DNA of 38,183 nucleotides, from the NCBI GenBank assembly GCA_036564495.1, contig DATCOX010000130.1, positions 1-38,183 on the forward strand, written 5' to 3'. Shown piece after piece: positions 25,123 through 33,097 of the stretch (positions are counted from its first letter, which is position 1; every line of letters begins with the position of its first letter). The translations under genes were made by a program, and so were the position numbers. The DNA comes from Candidatus Limnocylindria bacterium. GTDB lineage: Bacteria > Chloroflexota > Limnocylindria > QHBO01. The notes beneath the pieces were generated by a model. That model was not told the origin of the DNA and did no database searches. It saw only the letters and a list, made by a program, of their open reading frames with translations.

Positions 25123-26340
25123 CTAGCCGGTCACCGTGAAGGTCGCCTCGGCGGCCGGGGTGTCGTTGCGGTCCACCTTGATGGTGTAGTTGCCGACGCT
25201 CAGGCCGCTGAACTTGAAGCGCGCCCAGCCATTGCAGGAGCTGCCGCAGCCGATCGATCCCAGGGAGAGGCTGCCGTCTCCAACGGAGGTCCCGGAAGCA
25301 TTCAGGATGCTCACGTGCAGCACGTCGGAGTCGTTCCCCTTCCGGAAGCCGATCCAGACCCAGACCGATCCACCGCTGATCGTGGCACCGCTCGAGTTGC
25401 ATCCGTCCTGGCTGGTCGGCTCCTCCGCGCAGGGCTGGGTGCGGGCGGTGAACCCGTCCGGGAACGGACCGGGCGTGCTCCCGCTGGGAACCGGCGTCGC
25501 GACCGGCAATGACGGCTCTGCTGACGGAGCCACGCTGGGCGCCGTCGAGATGCTCGGCGCCAGCGAGACGAGCGGCGTGGGAGACGGCGAGTTGACGGCC
25601 ACGCCCCCGGAGAAGAGGCCGGACATGAACGCGCCAACCGCGATCGCCAGGATGCCGAGCAGCACGAAACCGCCGATCGCCAGCGGGCTCATGCCGGACG
25701 GCCGTCGCCCCCAGTCGTCGTCCGGCGGGCGATAGCCGTAGTCGTACGGCTGGGCCGGGTCGTATGGCTGCTGCGGCGGCTCGACGGGCGGAGGCTGTGC
25801 AATGACCGGGGGAGGCACGACGACCGGGGATGGAGGTGGTGGTGACGCGGCGGGCTGCCTGAAGACCCGCGCCGGCGCCGGAGGTTCTCCCGCGGGCGTG
25901 ACAGCAGGCCGCGGGGCAGGCGGAGGTACCGGTGCCACGATGGGAGGCGGCGCAACAGGTCGGTCGTCGAAGCCGGGCGGCGTGTTGTCGACATGTGGCG
26001 CGCCCTCAGCCGCCTCAGCAGGCGCCTGGACCACCAGCTCGTCCTCCGGCTCGGGCCGAAACGGCTGGTAGGGGGAGTTCGCGGCCGGATGACCCTCCCC
26101 CACCGGTGCACCGCGCCGGAAGGCGGCATCGCCAGGGCGGTGGACGCGGATCCGATCCTGCAGCTCCTCGCGATCGAGGCCGCGGGGCCGCGATCGGGCC
26201 GACGCGGGAATCGCCGTGCCGCACTGGGTGCAGAAGGCCGCCGGAGGCGTCGAGCGGTGGCAGGTCGGACAGCGGATCTGCCCGGGGAGGGGGGTGGACA
26301 TACCGCCGCAGGGTACATGAGGGCGGCCGGCATCCGCCAC
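25123..26340 (-). CDS. Zinc-ribbon / proline-rich / single-TM protein with a Cys-containing extracytoplasmic domain
   Basis: N-terminal CPTCH...CTQCG zinc ribbon, a Pro-rich linker of about 150 aa, one TM (LAIGGFVLLGILAIAVGAF), a Ser/Pro linker and a C-terminal domain of about 110 aa with 4 Cys. Track start is GTG 26340. ATG 26301 (MSTPLPG) is preceded by TACCCT plus 8 nt and may be the true start. Confidence 0.7.
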   Translation of the reverse strand: MADAGRPHVPCGGMSTPLPGQIRCPTCHRSTPPAAFCTQCGTAIPASARSRPRGLDREELQDRIRVHRPGDAAFRRGAPVGEGHPAANSPYQPFRPEPEDELVVQAPAEAAEGAPHVDNTPPGFDDRPVAPPPIVAPVPPPAPRPAVTPAGEPPAPARVFRQPAASPPPPSPVVVPPPVIAQPPPVEPPQQPYDPAQPYDYGYRPPDDDWGRRPSGMSPLAIGGFVLLGILAIAVGAFMSGLFSGGVAVNSPSPTPLVSLAPSISTAPSVAPSAEPSLPVATPVPSGSTPGPFPDGFTARTQPCAEEPTSQDGCNSSGATISGGSVWVWIGFRKGNDSDVLHVSILNASGTSVGDGSLSLGSIGCGSSCNGWARFKFSGLSVGNYTIKVDRNDTPAAEATFTVTG

Positions 26341-26352
26341 CGGCGCCCCTGG

Positions 26353-27009
26353 CTAGGCGCCGGGCCGCTTCCACTCGCTGCCGTCGGCGAAGCGCTCGCG
26401 CTTCCAGATCGGCAGCCGGTCCTTGATCGCCTCGATGACGAACCGATTGGCGTCGTACGCGTCCGAGCGATGCGGCGCGGCGGCGACGATGGCGACCGCC
26501 GCCTCCCCGAGCGGCACGACGCCGACACGGTGCACGACGGCGACGGCGCAGCCTGGCCATCGCCGCTCGGCTTCGCCGGCGATCTCCTCGAGGACCTGGC
26601 TCGCCATCTCCGGGTAGGCCTCGTACTCGAGCTCGAGCACCTCGCGGCCGTCATCGGCTCGATCGCGTGCACGCCCGACGAAGGTGACGAGCGCCCCATG
26701 GCTGGTGCCGGCGACCGCCGCCTCCAGCCCGGAGACATCGATCGCGGCCTCGGTCAGGCCGGTCGGTCCACCGCCGCTCACCGGCGGCAGGAAGGCGACC
26801 TGGTCGCCATCCTCGAGCTCCGCTTCCCACTCGGCGTACGCGCCATTGCGGGCGGCACGCACGAAGGGCCGATGCGGAACGAGGGCCGGATGCTCTGCGG
26901 CCAGGGCCGCCCAGGCATCGGCTACCGAGGCGCCGGCCGGCAGCGAGAGCGTCGTCCGGTCCGCCGCCAGCTCGCGGAGGGTCGCGAAGCAGCGCACGGC
27001 GATCTGCAT
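26353..27009 (-). CDS. Molybdopterin synthase MoaD-MoaE fusion (MoaX-like)
   Basis: ATG 27009. Residues 1-81 are MoaD-like and end in FLPPVSGGG (codons at 26775..26767). Residues about 82-218 are MoaE-like (GALVTFVGRARD, VVHRVGVVPLGEAAVAIVAAAPHRSDAYDANRFVIEAIKDRLPIWKRE). The track ORF extension to 27948 is off-frame over the neighbouring gene. Confidence 0.88.
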   Translation of the reverse strand: MQIAVRCFATLRELAADRTTLSLPAGASVADAWAALAAEHPALVPHRPFVRAARNGAYAEWEAELEDGDQVAFLPPVSGGGPTGLTEAAIDVSGLEAAVAGTSHGALVTFVGRARDRADDGREVLELEYEAYPEMASQVLEEIAGEAERRWPGCAVAVVHRVGVVPLGEAAVAIVAAAPHRSDAYDANRFVIEAIKDRLPIWKRERFADGSEWKRPGA

Positions 27010-27017
27010 GACGGCGG

Positions 27018-27797
27018 TCAGACCGGGACGCCGGTGAGGTAGGCGAGGCTGGTCCCGGCGATCGATCCGGCCATCACCAAGGCCAGGCCGATGTAGAGGA
27101 GGCCCGTGCTCGCCTGCAGGGACGCGGCGCGGCTGGCGAGCAGCGCCAGGATCGTGATGAGGATCGGGAGCAGGATACCGGCGACCAGGCGCAGCCAGGT
27201 GAGCCATCCGATCGGGCCGCCGAGCGGCCCGCTGCTCACCGTCGTGACGGCGACGACGAAGAGCAGCGCCTGCAGGCCGAGCGATGCGAGCAGCAGCCAC
27301 ATCATGCGGCGCAGGGGCGTGGGCGACAGCTTCGGCGTGACGAGGTACCAATGGCCGAGCAGCATCGCCGCCGTGGCCGCTCCCAGAGCCAGCGCGACGA
27401 GCATCAGCTGGGCCGCGAAGAGGGTCGAGCTCTCGGTGCCACCCGCGGCGGCGAGGGTCGCAAGCGACACGATGCCGGCGAGGCCGGCGCCAAGCGCCAG
27501 TCCGCTGCGTGGCAGGCGCGCAATCGACGCGACCAGGTAGGCGGCGGTCAGCGCCGCGATGCCCCAGACCAGCGCGCGCCGGAGCCCCGCCGTCCCATCC
27601 GCCACCGTTCCTGTCGACAGGTTCATCTCCGACAGCAGGAGGACCCCAGCACAGAGGGTCAGCAGGCCCGCCATGAAGAGGCGATAGCCGCGGGTCGTTC
27701 CCCCGAGCAGCTCCGTCCCTCCGACGACCAGCAGCGAGCCAGAGGTGAGCGCCGCCCAGAAGATCCAGTTGACGAATGGGAGCGCCTCGAGATCCAT
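27018..27797 (-). CDS. Polytopic membrane protein (about 8 TM), function unknown
   Basis: 259 aa with eight hydrophobic segments by eye and one conserved-looking His motif (LLGHWYLVTPK). It is tightly packed between the Rieske and MoaD-MoaE genes. Confidence 0.7.
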   Translation of the reverse strand: MDLEALPFVNWIFWAALTSGSLLVVGGTELLGGTTRGYRLFMAGLLTLCAGVLLLSEMNLSTGTVADGTAGLRRALVWGIAALTAAYLVASIARLPRSGLALGAGLAGIVSLATLAAAGGTESSTLFAAQLMLVALALGAATAAMLLGHWYLVTPKLSPTPLRRMMWLLLASLGLQALLFVVAVTTVSSGPLGGPIGWLTWLRLVAGILLPILITILALLASRAASLQASTGLLYIGLALVMAGSIAGTSLAYLTGVPV

Positions 27798-27809
27798 CGG
27801 CTCGATGGC

Positions 27810-28178
27810 TCAGGAGGCCAGGCTGCCGGTCAGGCCGATCTCGACCCAGCCATCCGAGCTGACGCGCACCGGGAAGATCTCGACCGGATCCGTCGCCGGC
27901 GGCACGACCGCTGCGCCGGTGCGCAGGTCGAAGCACCCACCGTGCCACGCGCAGACGAGGACCTCGTCGCGCTGGTCGAACCCGGCCTCCGAGAGCGGGA
28001 AGTCCTTGTGCGAGCAGTTGTTCTGCACCGCGTAGAAGCCACCCGCATGGCGCACGAGGACGACCGGCCGGCCGTTGATCTCGACCGGGAGCAGCTCCCC
28101 GTCGCGCAGCTCACCGGCCTGGAGGACGCGGGCGTATCGGATCGCGCTGCCCGCCGGCACCGCCGCCAGATCGGTCAC
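27810..28178 (-). CDS. Rieske [2Fe-2S] domain protein
   Basis: CSH...CAWH (CxH / CxxH) cluster ligands in a 122-aa ferredoxin-size protein. Confidence 0.88.
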   Translation of the reverse strand: MTDLAAVPAGSAIRYARVLQAGELRDGELLPVEINGRPVVLVRHAGGFYAVQNNCSHKDFPLSEAGFDQRDEVLVCAWHGGCFDLRTGAAVVPPATDPVEIFPVRVSSDGWVEIGLTGSLAS

Positions 28179-28185
28179 CGACGAC

Positions 28186-29628
28186 CTACAGCGGCCGCGC
28201 GAATGCCAGGAGGCGGGGCTCGGTCATGTCCTCGATCGACCAGCGCAGCCCCTCGCGGCCCAGCCCCGAGTCCTTCACCCCGCCGTACGGCATCGCATCG
28301 GTGCGCCAGGTCGGGACGTCGTTGACGATCACGCCGCCGACCTCCAGCTCGTCGTGGGCGAGGAGGGTGCGCTCCAGGTCGTTCGTGAAGACGCCGCACT
28401 GCAGGCCGAACTGGCTGTCGTTGATCTCGCGCATGGCCGCCGCGAAGTCCGGGACCGGGAAGAGGTTCACCACCGGGGCAAAGACCTCCTCGCCGCAGAC
28501 CCGGGCATCCTTCGGCACGTCGACCAGCACCGTCGGCGGGTAGAAGAGGCCGTCCGGCTCGCCGCCGACGAGAGCGCGCGCGCCTCCCGCGATCGCCTCG
28601 CCGACCCACTCGTGCGTGCGCGCGACCGCCTTCGCGTCGACCATCGGGCCCAGGTCGGTCGCCGGATCGAGCGGACTCCCCATCTGGAGCTGCCGGACCT
28701 TCTCGACGAACCGATCGCGGAAGTCGTCGAAGATCGACGCCACCACGTAGATGCGCTGCACGCTGATGCAGACCTGGCCGCTGTAGGCGAAGGCCCCGAA
28801 CGCCAGCCGCGCGACGGCCCAATCGAGGTCGGCGGTCTCGTCGACGATCGCCCCGGCGTTGCCGCCCAGCTCCAGGACGACCTTCTTCTTGCCGGCGTCT
28901 GCCTTCATCTTCCAGCCGACCGATGGCGAGCCGGTGAAGCTCAGAAGCTTGAACCGATCGTCCGAGACCATGCGATCGCCGGTTGGCCGGTCCATCGGCA
29001 GGATCGAGACGGCGCCCTTCGGCAGGTTCGTCTCCGCCAGGTAGCCGGCGACGCGCAGCATCACCAGCGGGTCCTTGGAGGGGGGCTTGAGGACGATGCT
29101 GCAGCCCGCTGCGATCGCCGGCGCCACCTTGTGCGCGGCCAGGTTGAGCGGGAAGTTGAAGGGGCTGATGCCGGCGACCGGCCCGATCGGGTAGCGCCGC
29201 ACGATCCCGCTGCGCCCGCGATTGGCGGCGCTCCAGTCGAGCGGCAGCCACTCACCGTTGATGCGCTGCGCCTCCTCGGCGGCGATGCGGAAGGTCAGGG
29301 CGCCGCGCGCCACCTCGCCCCTGGCATCGCGGATCGGCTTGCCCGACTCGCGGCTGAGCAGCTCGGCCAGCTCGTCTGCATCCTGGCTGATCCGATCGGC
29401 AACGTGCGCGAGGGCGTCGCGGCGCTCGAAGCTCGCCAGGCGGCGCGTCGCGCCGAACGCCTCGACCGCGGCTTGCGTGGCCCGCTCGAGCTCGTCGGGG
29501 CCTCCCTGCCAGGTGGTCGCCACCAGCTCACCGGTGGCCGGGTTGCGCACCTCGAGCTGAGCGCCCGAGCGTACAAACTCGCCGGCGACGTAAATCGGGA
29601 CCGTCTCGGCGGACACCTGCGTGGTCAC
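28186..29628 (-). CDS. NAD(P)-dependent aldehyde dehydrogenase
   Basis: ALDH family blocks are present: LELGGNA (catalytic Glu), GQVCISVQR (catalytic Cys), FNFPLNL. Start is GTG 29628 (GTG 29616 is an alternative). Confidence 0.92.
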   Translation of the reverse strand: MTTQVSAETVPIYVAGEFVRSGAQLEVRNPATGELVATTWQGGPDELERATQAAVEAFGATRRLASFERRDALAHVADRISQDADELAELLSRESGKPIRDARGEVARGALTFRIAAEEAQRINGEWLPLDWSAANRGRSGIVRRYPIGPVAGISPFNFPLNLAAHKVAPAIAAGCSIVLKPPSKDPLVMLRVAGYLAETNLPKGAVSILPMDRPTGDRMVSDDRFKLLSFTGSPSVGWKMKADAGKKKVVLELGGNAGAIVDETADLDWAVARLAFGAFAYSGQVCISVQRIYVVASIFDDFRDRFVEKVRQLQMGSPLDPATDLGPMVDAKAVARTHEWVGEAIAGGARALVGGEPDGLFYPPTVLVDVPKDARVCGEEVFAPVVNLFPVPDFAAAMREINDSQFGLQCGVFTNDLERTLLAHDELEVGGVIVNDVPTWRTDAMPYGGVKDSGLGREGLRWSIEDMTEPRLLAFARPL

Positions 29629-29634
29629 CGCGGC

Positions 29635-29640
29635 ATTCTA
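29635..29640 (-). promoter_or_regulatory. Candidate -10 (TAGAAT) for a leaderless aldehyde dehydrogenase operon transcript
   Basis: The minus strand reads TAGAAT-GCCGCG-GTG(29628), exactly 6 nt between hexamer and start, with no SD. Confidence 0.45.
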
Positions 29641-29662
29641 CGACCGGTCGATCGCTGGCTCG

Positions 29663-29668
29663 TATGAT
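29663..29668 (+). promoter_or_regulatory. Candidate -10 (TATGAT) for a leaderless membrane-protein / M20 transcript
   Basis: The plus strand reads TATGAT-CGACCC-GTG(29675), exactly 6 nt between hexamer and start, with no SD. Confidence 0.45.
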
Positions 29669-29674
29669 CGACCC

Positions 29675-30625
29675 GTGAACCCTCTCTACCTGCTCATCGA
29701 AGCCTCCGCGTCGCTCTTCTTCATCGGCGCCGCCGCGGCGGCGCTGCAGCGGGGACGCCTCCCCTTCCTGGAGCTCATCTCGGCGGCGGCGTTCGGGGTC
29801 CTGCTCGAGGAGGGCGACCAGCTCGTCTTCCAGACCTACCACTACTCCAGCGACTGGATCCTGACCGCCGATCGGGCCCCGATCGTCATCGGCCTCACCT
29901 GGGCCTTGATCATTGCTGGGGCAATGCGCCTGACCGATGCGCTCGGCGTCCGACGCCGCTACGCCCCCTTCGTGGACGCGGTGCTGGCGATCAGCCTGGA
30001 TCTCGCCTTCGACGCGATCGCGATCCGGATCGGGCTGTGGACCTGGCATGGGATCGGCCCTACCGATGGCTGGTTCGGGGTGCCGGCCGGCAACTTCTAC
30101 TCGTGGCTGATCGTGACCCTGGCCTTCAGCAGCCTGAGCCGATGGCTCCGCGACGCGGCGGTGCGGCGCCGCGCGCTGGAGTGGCTCCAGCTGGCGATCC
30201 CGCTGCCGGCCTTCGGGCTGCTGCTGGCCGGGATCGTGCCATTCGCCATCCTGCGGCCGATCGTCGACCCGGCTCCCGGCGGCGGCATGCTGCTCTTCCT
30301 GATCGTCTTCGCCGCCTTCCTGGCGGTGTCGGCGTGGGGTGTCTTCGGCCCCGATCGCGTGGCCCCCGACGGGCAGCGCACCGCGATCCTCGACCTGCGC
30401 CTCGCGCTCGGCACGCGGGTCGCGATCCAGGGCTTCTTCCTGACCGGGCTGGTGCTGATCGGCGCCGCGGCGAAGGTGCCGGTCCTGCTCGTCACGGCCC
30501 TGGTCCTGTTGGCGGCGGAGTGGCCGCTCGGGCGCCTGGTGCATGCCCGCCACGCTGCCGCGCACCGCGCGACGGCGCGGGCGCTGCGGGAGACCGCCCG
30601 GGCGACGGCCCAGAGCTTCCGCTGA
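29675..30625 (+). CDS. Polytopic membrane protein, possibly carotenoid-biosynthesis-protein (DUF422/CruF-like) family
   Basis: GTG 29675 opens directly into TM1 (VNPLYLLIEASASLFFIGAAAAA). Track start 29621 would overlap the divergent ALDH start. The family guess rests on the block GLWTWHGIGPTDGWFGVPAGNFYSW and is weak. Confidence 0.65.
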   Translation: MNPLYLLIEASASLFFIGAAAAALQRGRLPFLELISAAAFGVLLEEGDQLVFQTYHYSSDWILTADRAPIVIGLTWALIIAGAMRLTDALGVRRRYAPFVDAVLAISLDLAFDAIAIRIGLWTWHGIGPTDGWFGVPAGNFYSWLIVTLAFSSLSRWLRDAAVRRRALEWLQLAIPLPAFGLLLAGIVPFAILRPIVDPAPGGGMLLFLIVFAAFLAVSAWGVFGPDRVAPDGQRTAILDLRLALGTRVAIQGFFLTGLVLIGAAAKVPVLLVTALVLLAAEWPLGRLVHARHAAAHRATARALRETARATAQSFR

Positions 30626-30630
30626 GCGGC

Positions 30631-32043
30631 ATGCCGGGGCCCGGTACCGCGATCGACTGGGAGCTTCCCACCGCCGAGTGCGTGGAGCACCTGCGCGCGC
30701 TCATCAGGATTCCGAGCGTGAACCCGCCCGGCGCCGGGGACGGGGCCGCCGGCCACGACTCGACCGGCGGCGAGGCGGCGGCGGCGAACTACTGCGCTGA
30801 GGTCCTCACCTCGGCCGGAATCGCGGCGCAGGTGCTCGAGACGCTGCCCGGCCGCGGCTCGTGCTTCGCCCGGCTGCTGGCGACCGTCGCCGCCCCCGAG
30901 CCTCCGCTGGTCCTCCTCTCCCACGTCGACGTGGTCCCGGTGGATTCCGAGGCGTGGAGCCGCGATCCCTTCGGCGGCGAGCTGGTCGAAGGGGTCGTCT
31001 GGGGGCGCGGTGCCGTCGACATGAAGGACATGGTGGCGATGGAGCTGAGCGTGATGCTGGCGCTTGCCCGCCACGGCGGGGAGCGAACGCGCGACGTCAT
31101 CTTCGCCGCGGTCGCCGACGAGGAGGCCGGGGGCGTCTTCGGGGCGGGGCACTGGGTGGCGGAGCGTCCGGACTTGTTCAGCGATGCTGCCGGCCGTCCG
31201 GCGGCGGCCGCCCTGAACGAGGTTGGCGGCTACTCGATGACCATCGGTGGGCGCCGGGTGTACGGCATCCAGGTCGCGGAGAAGGGAATCGCCTGGACGC
31301 GGCTGCGGGCCACCGGAATCACCGGCCACGGCTCGATGCCGCATACCGAGAACGCGGCCATCAAGCTGGCCGAGGCGGTGACGCGGCTGGCGGCGGCTCC
31401 CCATGCGGCGCGCCTCACCCCGGTGGTCGAGGCCTTCCTGCTGGCGCTCGGCCTGGACGAGGTGGTCGACGCGCTGGGCTCCGGGGACGAGGCCGCCGCC
31501 TTCGCGGGACTCGAGGCGGAGGTGGAGGACCCGATCCTGCGCCGCTCCCTCGCCGCCATGCTGCGTGACACGGTCACGACCAACATGATCCAGGTCGGCA
31601 AGAAGATGAACGTCATCCCCGGCAGCGGCGAGGCCCAGATCGACGTGCGCACGCTGCCCGGCACTGACCAGCCGGCACTGCTGGACGAGATGCAGGCGAC
31701 GGTTGGATCGTTGGCCGAGGTCGAGTCGGTGATCACCCTGCCCGCGCTTGAGGCTCCCGGCGATGCCGCGATCGTGGGGCTCATGCGACGGGCGCTCCTG
31801 GCTGCCGACCCCGAAGCGACGGCCGCGCCGATGATGATCACCCCCGGCACCGACGCCAAGGCGCTCTCGACGCTGGGGATCCCGACCTACGGGTTCGCGC
31901 CGTTGCGTCTGGATGCCGACGTCCCATTCCTCTCCCTCTTCCACGGGCACGATGAGCGAGTGCCGGTCAGCGCCCTGCGCTTCGGATTGCCGGTGCTGCA
32001 CGAGGTGGTAAGCCGATTCGTGAGCGCCGAGGAGCCCGGCTGA
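30631..32043 (+). CDS. M20-family metallopeptidase / deacylase (ArgE/DapE/CPG2-like)
   Basis: ATG 30631 lies 5 nt after the upstream stop. Motifs: LLSHVDVVP, GRGAVDMKD, ADEEAGG. A dimerisation domain and a C-terminal HGHDERV are present. Confidence 0.88.
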   Translation: MPGPGTAIDWELPTAECVEHLRALIRIPSVNPPGAGDGAAGHDSTGGEAAAANYCAEVLTSAGIAAQVLETLPGRGSCFARLLATVAAPEPPLVLLSHVDVVPVDSEAWSRDPFGGELVEGVVWGRGAVDMKDMVAMELSVMLALARHGGERTRDVIFAAVADEEAGGVFGAGHWVAERPDLFSDAAGRPAAAALNEVGGYSMTIGGRRVYGIQVAEKGIAWTRLRATGITGHGSMPHTENAAIKLAEAVTRLAAAPHAARLTPVVEAFLLALGLDEVVDALGSGDEAAAFAGLEAEVEDPILRRSLAAMLRDTVTTNMIQVGKKMNVIPGSGEAQIDVRTLPGTDQPALLDEMQATVGSLAEVESVITLPALEAPGDAAIVGLMRRALLAADPEATAAPMMITPGTDAKALSTLGIPTYGFAPLRLDADVPFLSLFHGHDERVPVSALRFGLPVLHEVVSRFVSAEEPG

Positions 32044-32067
32044 TCGGGCGATCGAGGGTCCCTCGGC

Positions 32068-32073
32068 TATACT
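32068..32073 (+). promoter_or_regulatory. Candidate -10 (TATACT) upstream of fabD
   Basis: GCTATACTC lies 25 nt upstream of ATG 32099. The identical 9-mer occurs at 23-31 in the other AT-poor intergenic region at the window start. Confidence 0.3.
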
Positions 32074-32098
32074 CGCGACCAGTCCACCCGACGATCAG

Positions 32099-33097
32099 AT
32101 GCGAATGACCGACCAGACCGATCCCTCCGATCCGGCTCCCCAGCCGCGCGCGCACGCCTTCGTCTTCCCCGGCCAGGGCTCGCAGTACGTGGGGATGGGG
32201 GCTGCCCTGCTCGAGCGCTCCCCCGCCGCGGCCGCCGTCATGGAACGCGCCGACGCCGCCCTGGGATTCCCGCTCTCGCGCCTCATCGCCGAGGGTCCGG
32301 CCGAGGAGCTCGACCTGACCGTCAATGCGCAGCCCGCCATCCTGGCGACCAGCGTGGCGTATCTCGAGGCGATGCGCGCCGAGGCGGCCGAGGCCGGCGT
32401 CGAGCTGGCGCCGCTTCGCCTCGCCGGTCATTCGGCGGGGCAGTACGCCGCCGCGGTTGCGGCCGACGCGATCGACTTCGAGACGGCGATCGGGCTCGTC
32501 CGGGAGCGGGGGCGGATCATGCAGGAGCGGGGCATCGAGGGCGGCATGGGCGCCGTCATCGGCCTCACCGATGAGCAGGTCCACCAGGTGGTCGACGCCG
32601 CGCGGGAGCACGGAGAGATCGGCGTCGCGAACGCGAACGCCCCGGGCCAGATCGTCCTCTCCGGCGTGATCCCGGCGCTCGCCTTCGCGCTCGAGATGAG
32701 CAAGACGGTCGGGGCACGCAAGGCGGTCCGCCTCACCGTCAGCGTGGCGAGCCACTCACCGCTGATGCGCCGCGCCCGCGACGAGTTCAGCCAGATCCTC
32801 GCCAAGGTCCCGTTCCGCGAGCCGCGTGTCCCGATGCTCGGCAACGTGCATGCCACCCTCATTCGCACCGCCGACGGGCTCCGAAGAGAGCTCTCGGAGC
32901 ACCTCGTGCACGGGGTGCAGTGGACGGAGACCGTTCGGCACATGGCGGCCGACGGGGTCACCGACTTCGTCGAGATCGGTCCGGGGCGCGTCCTCAGCGG
33001 GCTCATCAAGCGGATCGCTCCCGAGACGGAGCAGCACGCGCTCGACAAGCCGGGCGACGGCGCCCTGTGGCTGCCCGGCACCGAGGAGCGTGCGTGA
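32099..33097 (+). CDS. fabD: Malonyl-CoA:ACP transacylase
   Basis: FVFPGQGSQYVGMG and the active-site GHSAGQYAA motif. The stop overlaps the next start (GTGA 33094-33097). Confidence 0.93.
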   Translation: MRMTDQTDPSDPAPQPRAHAFVFPGQGSQYVGMGAALLERSPAAAAVMERADAALGFPLSRLIAEGPAEELDLTVNAQPAILATSVAYLEAMRAEAAEAGVELAPLRLAGHSAGQYAAAVAADAIDFETAIGLVRERGRIMQERGIEGGMGAVIGLTDEQVHQVVDAAREHGEIGVANANAPGQIVLSGVIPALAFALEMSKTVGARKAVRLTVSVASHSPLMRRARDEFSQILAKVPFREPRVPMLGNVHATLIRTADGLRRELSEHLVHGVQWTETVRHMAADGVTDFVEIGPGRVLSGLIKRIAPETEQHALDKPGDGALWLPGTEERA

